Source: Gemmatimonadaceae bacterium (lineage in GTDB: Bacteria; Gemmatimonadota; Gemmatimonadetes; Gemmatimonadales; Gemmatimonadaceae). From it: DNA of 64,000 bases. The translations under genes and the position numbers were made by a program. The notes beneath the pieces were generated by a model. The model saw only the letters and a program-made list of their open reading frames with translations. It was not told the DNA's origin and ran no database searches. Below are positions 46,682 to 55,614 of the stretch, piece after piece. The stretch is from positions 1,246 through 65,245 of the forward strand of contig DASXHF010000186.1 in the NCBI GenBank assembly GCA_036488775.1, in the 5' to 3' direction. Numbering within the stretch: the stretch's first letter is position 1; every line of letters starts with the position of its first letter.

Positions 46682-47584
46682 TCACTCCAGAAAGACCTCG
46701 CGCTGGCGCTTCCGCATGCGGCGCAGCTCGTACACCTGGCCGACCTCGCCGCCGAGGATGAAGATCAACGCGGCGTAGTACACCCAGAACACCACCACCA
46801 CGATCGCGGCGACCGTTCCCGTGTAGAGGGATCCCGGGTTGAAAGAGCTGACGTAGCTGGTGAACAGAAACTTCGCGACCTCGAACATCACCGTCGTGAA
46901 CCCCGCGGCCACCCATGCGGCCGTCGTGCGCACGCGACGGACGGGGAGAAACTTGTACAGCGCAAAGAACATCACCGCGAGGATCGCCGTGCCGACGAGA
47001 TGCGTCCCCCACGCGCGCGCCTGCCCCATCACGTCCTTCCGGATGCCGAGATCCTCGAGCACCTGCACGCTGCTCCGGGTCGCGACGAGAACGTACGTGC
47101 TGAGCAAGGTGTTCGCCGTGATCAGCACCGTGGAGAGGATCGTGATCTTGATGTCGAAGAGCTTGCCCTGGATGATTCCACGTTCGTTCTCGATGTCGAA
47201 CACGCTCGCCAGCACGGTGCGCAGCGACCCGAAGAGCCGAGTCGAGAACCACACGAAGCCCACCGCGCTCCAGATGCCGAGCGTCTTGTGCGCGCCGAGG
47301 AGGTCGGAGATCAGCTTGTGTATCGGCGAATCGAGGCTCTCCGTGTGTGACGGGAGCAGTTTGTCGACGTAGTGCGTGACCACCTCCGTCGCGCCGGCCG
47401 GCGAGCGCTGCAGGAGATAGGTCAGTCCCCAGACGAGCAGGAGGACGAACGGCACCGCCGCGAGCAGGATGTTGAACGCGATCCCGCCGGCGAGAAAGAG
47501 GACGTTGTCTTCACCGGAGTTGTCCCAGACGCGCTTGGCGTAGTCGCGCAGCGTCCACGCGATGCTGATGAGCGGGGAGCGCAT
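46682..47584 (-). CDS. YihY/BrkB (virulence factor BrkB / RNase BN-like) family membrane protein
   Basis: LAGGIAFNILLAAVPFVLLL...YGSL..V...FWVYY...I.ILGGE is the family pattern. 300 aa, about 6 TM segments. Confidence 0.8.
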   Translation of the reverse strand: MRSPLISIAWTLRDYAKRVWDNSGEDNVLFLAGGIAFNILLAAVPFVLLLVWGLTYLLQRSPAGATEVVTHYVDKLLPSHTESLDSPIHKLISDLLGAHKTLGIWSAVGFVWFSTRLFGSLRTVLASVFDIENERGIIQGKLFDIKITILSTVLITANTLLSTYVLVATRSSVQVLEDLGIRKDVMGQARAWGTHLVGTAILAVMFFALYKFLPVRRVRTTAAWVAAGFTTVMFEVAKFLFTSYVSSFNPGSLYTGTVAAIVVVVFWVYYAALIFILGGEVGQVYELRRMRKRQREVFLE

Positions 47585-47637
47585 GACCGTCTCCGGTCCC
47601 GTGGCGTAGACGCCGATCGTGGGAGCGCTCCCGCGCG

Positions 47638-48129
47638 TCAGACGTCGAGATCGACGTCGACGTCGATCTCGGTGACGACGCCGGCGGGCCGCACCGGCGC
47701 TCGCGACCGACTTCCACCCCGCGCCACCTCGGCGCCGGCATTGTAGGCCGCCTTGGTTTCCGCGAGACGGCGCTCCAGGTCGCCGCGGGCCTGCTGCGCG
47801 GCTTCGCGGCCCGCTTCCATCGCCCGCGCGACCTGCTGCTTCTTGGACTCGAGCGCCGCGCGGGCCGACTCGATCTGCTCCTCGACTCTGGTGCGCGCCG
47901 ACTCGAAGGTGTCGACCACCTGATCGGTGACGCCGTGCGCCACGCCTTCGACCGTGTCGCGGGCTCGGCGGGCGCGCCGCTTGATCTCGGTGCGCGTCTC
48001 CTCGCCCGAGCGCGGGGCGAACAACAGCGCGACCCCCGCCCCAATCAGCACGCCCAGCAGGAGGTTGCCCACCCCGCCGCTGTGTCGTTCGATGACGATG
48101 TAGGGCTCCTCATGATCGTCGTGGCGCAT
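47638..48129 (-). CDS. YtxH domain-containing protein
   Basis: LLLGVLIGAGVALLFAPRSGEETR is the YtxH signature. It is followed by a long amphipathic helical region and an acidic tail EIDVDVDLDV. Confidence 0.75.
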   Translation of the reverse strand: MRHDDHEEPYIVIERHSGGVGNLLLGVLIGAGVALLFAPRSGEETRTEIKRRARRARDTVEGVAHGVTDQVVDTFESARTRVEEQIESARAALESKKQQVARAMEAGREAAQQARGDLERRLAETKAAYNAGAEVARGGSRSRAPVRPAGVVTEIDVDVDLDV

Positions 48130-48152
48130 CGTGGCTCCTTGCGTGCCGGGAC

Positions 48153-49667
48153 TCAGCGTCCCTTCTTGGCGGTGGGCTTCTTGGCGGCGGCGCGGACCGG
48201 CGGTGCCGCAGCGGCGGGCTCCGAGCGACGCACACCGCGCGCCGCCGCACCGGCGTCGGGTGCGGCGCCGTTGCCCTCTCTCGCGGGCGCAGCCGGCGCC
48301 CCGCCAGCCTTGAGGAGCGACAGCAGCTCGCCACGCACCTCCTGCTCCGAGATCCCCAGCACCTTTCCCGTCCGCGCGACGTCGCCGCTCGTCGACGCGA
48401 AGGTCCGCAGCACGAGCTGCCGGCGCGCTTCCGCCGCCGTGGCGCCCACGGGGATCGTCAGCGCCATCGGCATCTCACCGCCGCTGCGCAGATGCCGCGG
48501 GATGATGTCGCTGGGGCCGATCGTGCCGCTGCGGCACATGATCACCGCCCGCTCGACCGCATTCTTGAGCTCGCGCACGTTGCCCGGCCAGTGATAGCCG
48601 ATGATCCATTCCCAGGCCGCGTCGTCGAATCCGGTGATCGATTTGCCGTTCTGCTGCGCGAACCGCGCGAGGAACTCGTTGGCGAGCAGCTGGATGTCCT
48701 GCGAGCGCTCGCGCAGCGGCGGCAGATCGATCTCGACGACGGCGAGACGATAGTAGAGATCCTCGCGCACGTCGCCGTCGACGATCGCCTTCTGGAGGTT
48801 CTTGTTCGTCGCCGCCACGATGCGAATGTCGACGCTGATCTCTTTCTTGCCGCCCAGGCGCCGCACCTGCCGCGTCTCGAGCGCGCGCAGCAGCTTGACC
48901 TGAATGTCAGGGGCCATCTCGGCCACCTCGTCCAGGAAGATCGTTCCACCACTCGCCATCTCGAACGCGCCCGGCTTCTCGTTCGTCGAGCCGGTGAACG
49001 CGCCCTTCTCGTGACCGAACAGCTCGTTCTCGAGAATCTCCTTCGGCAGCGCGGCGCAGTTCAGCGCGAAGAACGGACCCTTCGCCCGATCGCTCTTGGT
49101 GTGCAGCGCGCGCGCGACGAGCTCCTTCCCGGTGCCGCTCTCGCCGAGGATCAGCACGCTCGCCGTGGACGGCGCCACCGCGTCGATCACCTGATAGACC
49201 GACCGCATCGCCTCACTCTGTCCCGTGAGCTCGCCGTAATGCGTCAGCCCCTCGAGCTTCGACGAGAGCTCCCGGTTCTTTTGCTGCACCTGGAACTTGT
49301 CGAGCGCCTTCGGGATGAGCGCCTTGAGGCGGTTCAGCTTGTCGGCGTTGAGCGGCTTCTCGATGTAGTCGTAGGCGCCCTGCTGCATCGCCTGCACGGC
49401 GGAATCGACCGTCGCCTGGCCGGTGATGATGATCGCCTCGGTCGGGATCTGACGCTCCTGCAGCTCGCGCAGCAGCGCCAGCCCGTCCAGCTTGGGCATC
49501 TTGAGGTCGGCCAGCACCACGCCGTATCGCTCGGCGCTCAGCTTGTCGAGCGCCTTCTGGCCGTCGCCGACGACCTCCACCGCGTACCCCTCGTCGGAGA
49601 GGATGGCGCTCAGACCCGTCGTGATCGCGGCTTCGTCATCCGCGATGAGAATCTTTCCTTGCTTCAT
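48153..49667 (-). CDS. sigma-54-dependent response regulator (NtrC family) with an Ala/Pro/Lys-rich C-terminal tail
   Basis: REC domain (ILIADDE...DLKMP). AAA+ domain with GESGTGKE, GAFTGS (a variant of GAFTGA), FLDEV and RVIAATN-like VAATN. Fis-type HTH (GDVARTGKVLGISEQ). A roughly 65-aa low-complexity tail ends in AAKKPTAKKGR. Confidence 0.85.
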   Translation of the reverse strand: MKQGKILIADDEAAITTGLSAILSDEGYAVEVVGDGQKALDKLSAERYGVVLADLKMPKLDGLALLRELQERQIPTEAIIITGQATVDSAVQAMQQGAYDYIEKPLNADKLNRLKALIPKALDKFQVQQKNRELSSKLEGLTHYGELTGQSEAMRSVYQVIDAVAPSTASVLILGESGTGKELVARALHTKSDRAKGPFFALNCAALPKEILENELFGHEKGAFTGSTNEKPGAFEMASGGTIFLDEVAEMAPDIQVKLLRALETRQVRRLGGKKEISVDIRIVAATNKNLQKAIVDGDVREDLYYRLAVVEIDLPPLRERSQDIQLLANEFLARFAQQNGKSITGFDDAAWEWIIGYHWPGNVRELKNAVERAVIMCRSGTIGPSDIIPRHLRSGGEMPMALTIPVGATAAEARRQLVLRTFASTSGDVARTGKVLGISEQEVRGELLSLLKAGGAPAAPAREGNGAAPDAGAAARGVRRSEPAAAAPPVRAAAKKPTAKKGR

Positions 49668-49701
49668 CAGGTCCCGTGCAGCGGTGGGCTCGCGGGCGTG
49701 A

Positions 49702-50406
49702 TCACGCCCGCGGGAACACCAGTGAAAAGTCCACTCGTTCGTCTCGATCCCCGTCCGACCTTCGTCCGTCGCCGGCCGCTTCCGGCGTGCCGTTCAGCCA
49801 GCGCACCCCAGCCGCACGAACCACCTCCACGAAAGCATCGGGCATGGCCGGGGTGCGCCCTGCCGTCTGCATCGCGACGACGATCACGTCTCCCGCCGGC
49901 CCGCCGGTCGACACCGTACAGCGAATTGGCTGTCGCGCCGTGGACCGAGATCCGCTTCCGCTCCCGTTCGACGCCACCAGCTCCAGCAGCGGTCCCGCCA
50001 GCGCGAGCCGCACTGCCTCGCCCCGAACCGGGGTGACAGCGGGGTCGCCCAGCGCGTGCACCACCTCGATCGCTGCCTCCGGCGAGGAGGACGACGCATT
50101 GCACAACGTCGCGATGCGGCGAAGCACCACGGCGACGTCCACCGGCTCGCGTTCCGCGCGGCCCAGCGCCAGCACCGCTTCGAGCAAGTTAGTCAAACGT
50201 TCGAGCTGCTGCCCGGCCGCGTCGGCGAACGGCGTCAGGGAGGCCCCGTCAGCCCCCGCCCGCCGCGCGCGCGACCGGATCACTTCCAGGTTCACCGACA
50301 CGCCGTTCAGCGCGTCCTTCACGTCGTGCGAGGCACGGGCGAGCGCCCGTTGCAGCGTCGCCAGCCAGAGCACTCCCGCGTCCCCGGCTGTCGAGAGGGC
50401 GGGCAT
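49702..50406 (-). CDS. soluble histidine-kinase-like protein with a degenerate ATP-binding domain
   Basis: The ATG at 50406-50404 shares one nt with the fba stop (TGATG). H-box-like LARASHDVKDALNGV and N-box-like LLELVASN are present, with an HATPase-like end FSLVFPRA. No recognisable G1 (DxGxG) or G2 (GxGLG) boxes and no TM or sensor domain. Confidence 0.5.
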   Translation of the reverse strand: MPALSTAGDAGVLWLATLQRALARASHDVKDALNGVSVNLEVIRSRARRAGADGASLTPFADAAGQQLERLTNLLEAVLALGRAEREPVDVAVVLRRIATLCNASSSSPEAAIEVVHALGDPAVTPVRGEAVRLALAGPLLELVASNGSGSGSRSTARQPIRCTVSTGGPAGDVIVVAMQTAGRTPAMPDAFVEVVRAAGVRWLNGTPEAAGDGRRSDGDRDERVDFSLVFPRA

Positions 50407-51815
50407 CAGTCCGACAGGTCGGCGTCGTCGGGCGCCGCCGCGTGCGCGGGTGTCGCGTCCACGGGCATCGACCGATGCAGCGTCGGCGGCTTCACGTAGC
50501 GCTTGGTCATCTCCGCCGTGTTCCCGATCGCGAGCTGCTCGAACAGGAAACGGAACTTCGCGTCGTACACGGAGGCCAGCTGCTTCTTCGCCTCCGGCGG
50601 CAGCTCCCACAGCTGCTTCTTGAACGGGCCGAGTGCCTTCTTCCGCGTCTTGTAGAAGAACTGCTCGTCGGTGTCGGTCGACTTCCGCTCGTCCTTCGCG
50701 TTCACCGCCAGCCAGGCGTAGATCTCGTTGCGAAGCGCATCCGGCAGATGATCGAACAGCATCGTCTGAAAGTTCGTCGCCAGATGGATCTCGGCCGTCT
50801 CCCTCTTTGGGAAGTTGTGGAACGCGGTGTCGGGCAGCGTCGACGCGCCGTGCTGCACTGCCCCCGCCAACTTGTATCGCTCGCGCGCGACCTTGCTGAG
50901 CCGCTCCAGCGTGTCGAGGTCGAGCTTGACGTCCGCGATCGATCCGTCGGCGAGCACGACACCGCCGTGCGAGGTGCCGCTCTGCACGCTGATCTTCGAC
51001 AACCCCTCCATCCCGCGCGGCAGCGTGGCGAGCAGCCCGTTCATGTACGCCTCGAGCTCCTCGACGGTGGAGTTCTGCGTTCCCACCTCGCCGATCTCAC
51101 CGCCGACCGAGATCGTGACGCCCTTCGGCTCCGCCGCGCGCACGTCGCGGAGGATATCCACGCCGACCTCGTAGTTCAGGCGCTGCTGCTCGGCGAGCGT
51201 CGGCTTCGACAGGTCCACCAGCGTCGACGTGTCGATGTCGATGTTGTAGAAGCCGGCGCCGACCGCTTCGCGCACCAACGCCTTCACCGCGTCCACCTCG
51301 GCAGTGGGATTCGCCGCGTACTTCTTGTGATTGACCTGGAAGTGGTCGCCCTGGATGAACACCGGTCCCCGGTACCCTTCGCGCAGCGCCGCCGCGAGCA
51401 CGACAGCCACGTACTCCGCCGGCCGCTGGTCGGTGTACGCGATCTCCGAGCGCGCGATCTCGAGGATGAACGCCCCCGCCTTCAGGCGAATCGCCGTCCG
51501 GAAGATCGACCGCGCGGTATCATAGGACGCACCGCGCACGTTGATCGCCGGCACCGTGAAGCCGTGCACCTCGCCGCGTCCGCGCGCCTTGTACAGGTCG
51601 TGGATCGACGCCGGCTGCACACCGACGGCCTGGCCGAGCTCCCACAACATCCACCGCGCGTACTGCTTCGCCGTACCGTCGCCGAAGACGGCGGTCTTCG
51701 CCAGCTCGTCCATCTTCGCGCTCGCCAGCGCGTCCGGCCGCTCGACGACGAGCGTGCCGTCGGTCACCCGGACGGCGTCGTCGAACAGCGTGCTCAAAGC
51801 ATCGAGATCGTGCAT
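50406..51815 (-). CDS. class II fructose/ketose-bisphosphate aldolase family protein (long form)
   Basis: ATG at 51815 is preceded by GAGGA (51822-51826). FTVPAINVRG, FIQGDHFQ and SVQSGTSHGG are class II aldolase-like metal and substrate motifs. 469 aa. Confidence 0.7.
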   Translation of the reverse strand: MHDLDALSTLFDDAVRVTDGTLVVERPDALASAKMDELAKTAVFGDGTAKQYARWMLWELGQAVGVQPASIHDLYKARGRGEVHGFTVPAINVRGASYDTARSIFRTAIRLKAGAFILEIARSEIAYTDQRPAEYVAVVLAAALREGYRGPVFIQGDHFQVNHKKYAANPTAEVDAVKALVREAVGAGFYNIDIDTSTLVDLSKPTLAEQQRLNYEVGVDILRDVRAAEPKGVTISVGGEIGEVGTQNSTVEELEAYMNGLLATLPRGMEGLSKISVQSGTSHGGVVLADGSIADVKLDLDTLERLSKVARERYKLAGAVQHGASTLPDTAFHNFPKRETAEIHLATNFQTMLFDHLPDALRNEIYAWLAVNAKDERKSTDTDEQFFYKTRKKALGPFKKQLWELPPEAKKQLASVYDAKFRFLFEQLAIGNTAEMTKRYVKPPTLHRSMPVDATPAHAAAPDDADLSD

Positions 51816-51931
51816 GGAATCCTCACAAAGATGCAACAGCCGCCATCGCGGCTCGGTGTCGGTTCGTCGTCTCGGTCAAGCTCGCCCGCTGCGGGAGGGG
51901 TCGCAAGGTCGCGACATCCGCGCGCAGCTAC

Positions 51932-53332
51932 TCAGATCACCCGCGCCGGGTCCGATTTCGGAAGCAGATTCCATTCCTGCCGCGCCTGCTCCGCGTCCGC
52001 GCGGCCGAGCATCGCGTAGGTGAACTGCTTGCCAAGCTCCACGCCCGGCTGATCGTACGCGTTGACCCCGTACAACTGTCCTGCGTACGCCGTGGCCAGC
52101 TCCAGAAACATGAACAGTCCACCGACGTGGAACGGGTCCACCGCGTCGAGGATGAGCGTCATGTTCGGCCGCCCGCGGCGTGCGAGGGCACCGGCCGTGG
52201 CCCGCCGCTCGATCTCGAGCAGCTCGCCGAGCCGGTGCCCGCCCAGGTACGCCAGCTCGGGGACGTCGGCATGAAGTCTGGGGATTTCCACGTCGACCCC
52301 GCTGCCCTCCACACCGATGAAGGTGACCGTCTTGTCGCCCGGTCCCTCCATGAACAGCTGCACCTTGCTGTGCTGGTCGGTGGCGCCCAGCGCGCCGAGC
52401 GGCGTCGGGCCGACGCCGGCGTCGCCCGGCGCGCGGTGCTTGCCGAGACTCTCGGCCCAGAGCTGGACGAACCAATCCGCCATGTCGCGCAGCGCGTCGC
52501 TGTACGGCATGAGCACGTGGATGTGGCGCCCGTGCTTGACGTCGGCGAGATACTGGAGCGACGCGAACGCCCCGGCCGGGTTCTGACCCAGTCGGCTCGA
52601 CGCGCAGCGCGTGCGCATGTCCGCCGCGCCCTCGAGTAGTGTGCGCGTGTCGATTCCCATCAACGCCGCCGGCAGCATTCCGACCGGAGTGAGCACGCTG
52701 AACCGGCCGCCCACGTTCGCCGGAATGTCGAGCGCCGGAATCCCCTCCGCACGCGCGATCGTGCGCAGCGCACCCTTCTGGGGATCGGTCACGAACACCA
52801 GCCGCTCCTTCGCCGCGTCCGGACCGAGCGCGTCGTTCAGCCGAGCGCGGACGACGAGATACTGCGCCATCGTCTCCGCCGTGCCCCCGGACTTGGAGAT
52901 CACGACGAACAGCGTCCGCGCGAGGTCGAGCCGCGCCAGCAGAGCGACGATGTTCGTGGGATCCACGTTGTCCAGCACGTGCAGCCGCGGGTATCCGCCG
53001 CGCGCCGCGTCGTCGAGCAGGTTCCACTGCGGTGGGCGGAGCGCCGTGCGCAGCGCGATTGGCCCGAGCGCCGACCCGCCGATGCCAAGCACCACGACGT
53101 CGGTGGGCGCGCGGCGGGACGCGCGGACGCGCGCCACGTAGTCGAGCGTCTGCTGGTGCAGCGCGCGCGCGTCGGGGAGATCGAGAAAGCCGAGCGACCC
53201 GTCGCTGTGCAGCCCGGCGACGGCGGTGTGTGCGTCGGCGAACCGCGCGCTCATCTCGCGCCATTCGCCGTCGCCGATGCCGCCGTCGATCGGCGGGGCC
53301 ATCATGTTGGTGTAGTCGAGGCGGATGCTCAT
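51932..53332 (-). CDS. pgi: glucose-6-phosphate isomerase
   Basis: VVLGIGGSALGP, VISKSGGTAET and GGRFSVL. ATG at 53332 gives MSIRLDY; GTG at 53344 is an alternative start that abuts the upstream stop. Confidence 0.9.
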   Translation of the reverse strand: MSIRLDYTNMMAPPIDGGIGDGEWREMSARFADAHTAVAGLHSDGSLGFLDLPDARALHQQTLDYVARVRASRRAPTDVVVLGIGGSALGPIALRTALRPPQWNLLDDAARGGYPRLHVLDNVDPTNIVALLARLDLARTLFVVISKSGGTAETMAQYLVVRARLNDALGPDAAKERLVFVTDPQKGALRTIARAEGIPALDIPANVGGRFSVLTPVGMLPAALMGIDTRTLLEGAADMRTRCASSRLGQNPAGAFASLQYLADVKHGRHIHVLMPYSDALRDMADWFVQLWAESLGKHRAPGDAGVGPTPLGALGATDQHSKVQLFMEGPGDKTVTFIGVEGSGVDVEIPRLHADVPELAYLGGHRLGELLEIERRATAGALARRGRPNMTLILDAVDPFHVGGLFMFLELATAYAGQLYGVNAYDQPGVELGKQFTYAMLGRADAEQARQEWNLLPKSDPARVI

Positions 53333-53340
53333 GGCGCGAT

Positions 53341-54117
53341 TCACACGGTGATGGTCAGACCGTCGAAGGCCGGCATGACGCCGGCCGGCAGCTCCGACTC
53401 GAGGTCGGCGTGGAAGTTGTCGTGCGTCAGGTGGGTGAGATACGTCCGCTCGGCACCGACCGCGCGCGCCACCTCGATCGCTTCGTCGAGGCTCAGGTGC
53501 GACGGGTGCGGACGGCGGAACAGGGCGTTCACCACGAGCACCCGGGCGCCGCGCAGTTGCGCGACCGCGTCGGGCGGCACGGCCTTGGCATCGGTCACGT
53601 ACGCGAGTGGACCGATACGGTACGCAAACACCGTGACACCGCCGTGCGGCAGCTCGACGGCGGTCACTTCAACGTCGGCGATACGGACCCGCTCCCCCGC
53701 ACGCAATGGGACGAGCCGGCCCTGCGGCTTCGACGTGCCCGGCAGCGGCTGAATCGCGTCGTCGAAGATGTAGCGGAACTTCTGCTCCAGCTCGGCGAGA
53801 GTGTCGCGCGAACCGTACATCGGGAGGTGCACGTTGCGCCGCGCCGTGATCGCGCGCAGGTCGTCGATGCCGTGGGTGTGATCCGCGTGTCCGTGCGTAT
53901 ACAGCACCGCGTCGACGCGCGAGATGCCGGCCCGGATGAGCTGCAGCCGCAGCTCGGGCGGCGTGTCGATCAGGATGATCGCGCCCGCATCGGTCTCGAC
54001 TGCCGCACCGACCCGCATGCGTTGGTCCCGCGGATCGTGCGAGTGACAGACGGCACAGCTGCAGCCGAGCTGCGGCACGCCGAAGCTGGTGCCCGTGCCG
54101 AGGAAGGTGAGCTTCAC
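53341..54117 (-). CDS. MBL-fold metallo-hydrolase (PhnP-like)
   Basis: MKLTFLGTGTSFGVP, CSCAVC, LYTHGHADHTHG (HxHxDH). Confidence 0.8.
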   Translation of the reverse strand: MKLTFLGTGTSFGVPQLGCSCAVCHSHDPRDQRMRVGAAVETDAGAIILIDTPPELRLQLIRAGISRVDAVLYTHGHADHTHGIDDLRAITARRNVHLPMYGSRDTLAELEQKFRYIFDDAIQPLPGTSKPQGRLVPLRAGERVRIADVEVTAVELPHGGVTVFAYRIGPLAYVTDAKAVPPDAVAQLRGARVLVVNALFRRPHPSHLSLDEAIEVARAVGAERTYLTHLTHDNFHADLESELPAGVMPAFDGLTITV

Positions 54118-54142
54118 GGGGGCGGACGCCGCGACCCGCCGG

Positions 54143-55546
54143 TCATACCGTCTCCACCTTCATCAGGTTCGTCGTACCCGGCACGTCGAACGGCACGCCA
54201 GCCGTGACGACGACACGGTCGCCCGCGCGCGCGAGCGCGCGAGCGCGCACGGCGTCGAGCGCGAGCTTCACCATGTCCCAGTAATTGTCGCAGTGCGTCA
54301 CGAGACAGGGGATGACGCCCCACACGAGCGCGAGCTGGCGATACGTCCGCTCCTGATCGGTCAGCACCAGGATCGGCACGCCAGGCCGGTGCGACGCCAC
54401 GATGCGCGCCGAGAAGCCGCTCTTCGTGAAGACGATCAGCGCCGGTGCGGCCAGACTGCGCACCGCCGACGTCGCCGCGGCGGCGATCGCACGCTCCGTG
54501 GACACCGGCCCCTCGGGCACGGCACGATCCTCGGCGCCACTCGGCCGCGGATGCTTCTCGATCTCGAGAATGATGCGCGACATCGCCTCCACCGCCAGGC
54601 GCGGATACTGCCCCGCCGCCGTTTCCGCCGACAGCATGACGGCGTCGGTGCCGTCGAGGATCGCGTTGGCCACGTCGCTCGCCTCGGCCCGCGTCGGCCG
54701 CGGATTCGTGATCATCGACTCCAGCATCTGCGTCGCCGTGATCACCGGACGTCCCATCCGATTGCAGAGCGCGATGATGCGCTTCTGGGCGATCGGCACC
54801 TCCTCGAACGGCAGCTCCACGCCGAGATCGCCGCGGGCGACCATCACCGCGTCCGATGCGTGGATGATGGTCTCGATGTTCTCGAGCGCCGAGTCCTTCT
54901 CGATCTTGGCGACGACGAGAATGTCCTTCGGGATCCGCGTGCGCAGCTCGGCGATGTCGCCCGCGCGGCGGACGAAGCTCAGCGCGAGATACTCGAGCCG
55001 GTGCTCCACCGCGAACGCCACGTCCGCCCAGTCCTTCTCCGTGATCGACGGCGCGCTCACCGCGACGCCCGGCAGGTTCATCCCCTTGTGACTCTTGATC
55101 GTGCCGCCGTGCAGCACGCGCGCGACGACGCGGGGCGCGTGCACCTCGAGCGCGACGAGCTCGATCAACCCGTCGTCGACGAGGATACGGTCCCCGACCT
55201 TCACGTCGTCGCAGAGATTCTCGTACGTCGTCGGCAGCTCGTCCGGCCCGGCGTTCTCGCCGGCGACGAGCACGACGTCCTGTCCGTCGCTCACTTCGCG
55301 CGGCGCGGCGAGCTCGCCGATGCGGATGCGCGGCCCCTGCAGGTCGCCGAGGATCGCGATGGGCCGGTCGAGCTCCGCCGCGACGTCGCGCACGAGTTGC
55401 ACGGTGACCCGATGCTGCTCGTGCGTGCCGTGCGAGAAATTGAGGCGGGCGACGTTCATTCCGGCCTCCATCAGACTGCGCATCGTGTCGCGAGAGGCAG
55501 TCGACGGGCCGAGCGTGCAGACGATCTTCGTGCGTGGATAAGGCAC
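54143..55546 (-). CDS. pyk: pyruvate kinase
   Basis: GTG at 55546 gives VPYPRTKIVCTLGPS...NVARLNFSHG...MVARGDLGVE...ATQMLESM. The 133-codon Arg-rich extension of the listed ORF was rejected. Confidence 0.9.
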   Translation of the reverse strand: MPYPRTKIVCTLGPSTASRDTMRSLMEAGMNVARLNFSHGTHEQHRVTVQLVRDVAAELDRPIAILGDLQGPRIRIGELAAPREVSDGQDVVLVAGENAGPDELPTTYENLCDDVKVGDRILVDDGLIELVALEVHAPRVVARVLHGGTIKSHKGMNLPGVAVSAPSITEKDWADVAFAVEHRLEYLALSFVRRAGDIAELRTRIPKDILVVAKIEKDSALENIETIIHASDAVMVARGDLGVELPFEEVPIAQKRIIALCNRMGRPVITATQMLESMITNPRPTRAEASDVANAILDGTDAVMLSAETAAGQYPRLAVEAMSRIILEIEKHPRPSGAEDRAVPEGPVSTERAIAAAATSAVRSLAAPALIVFTKSGFSARIVASHRPGVPILVLTDQERTYRQLALVWGVIPCLVTHCDNYWDMVKLALDAVRARALARAGDRVVVTAGVPFDVPGTTNLMKVETV

Positions 55547-55614
55547 TGGCGGTGAATCGAAGGACGAGGGCGGACGGAAGGCGGCGCGCGGCCCCTGCCG
55601 CGCGCCGAGGCGAC

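Noticed and set aside
51830-51847. A sigma-54 promoter-like sequence on the minus strand (TGGCGGCTGTTGCA) just upstream of fba, near the sigma-54 activator.
   Set aside because: The GG-to-GC spacing is 2 nt shorter than the GG-N10-GC rule. It would also leave no room for the leader and the SD at 51822-51826. Other TGGCAC occurrences (for example about 44405 and 44434) lie inside dnaX and lack a correctly spaced TTGC.
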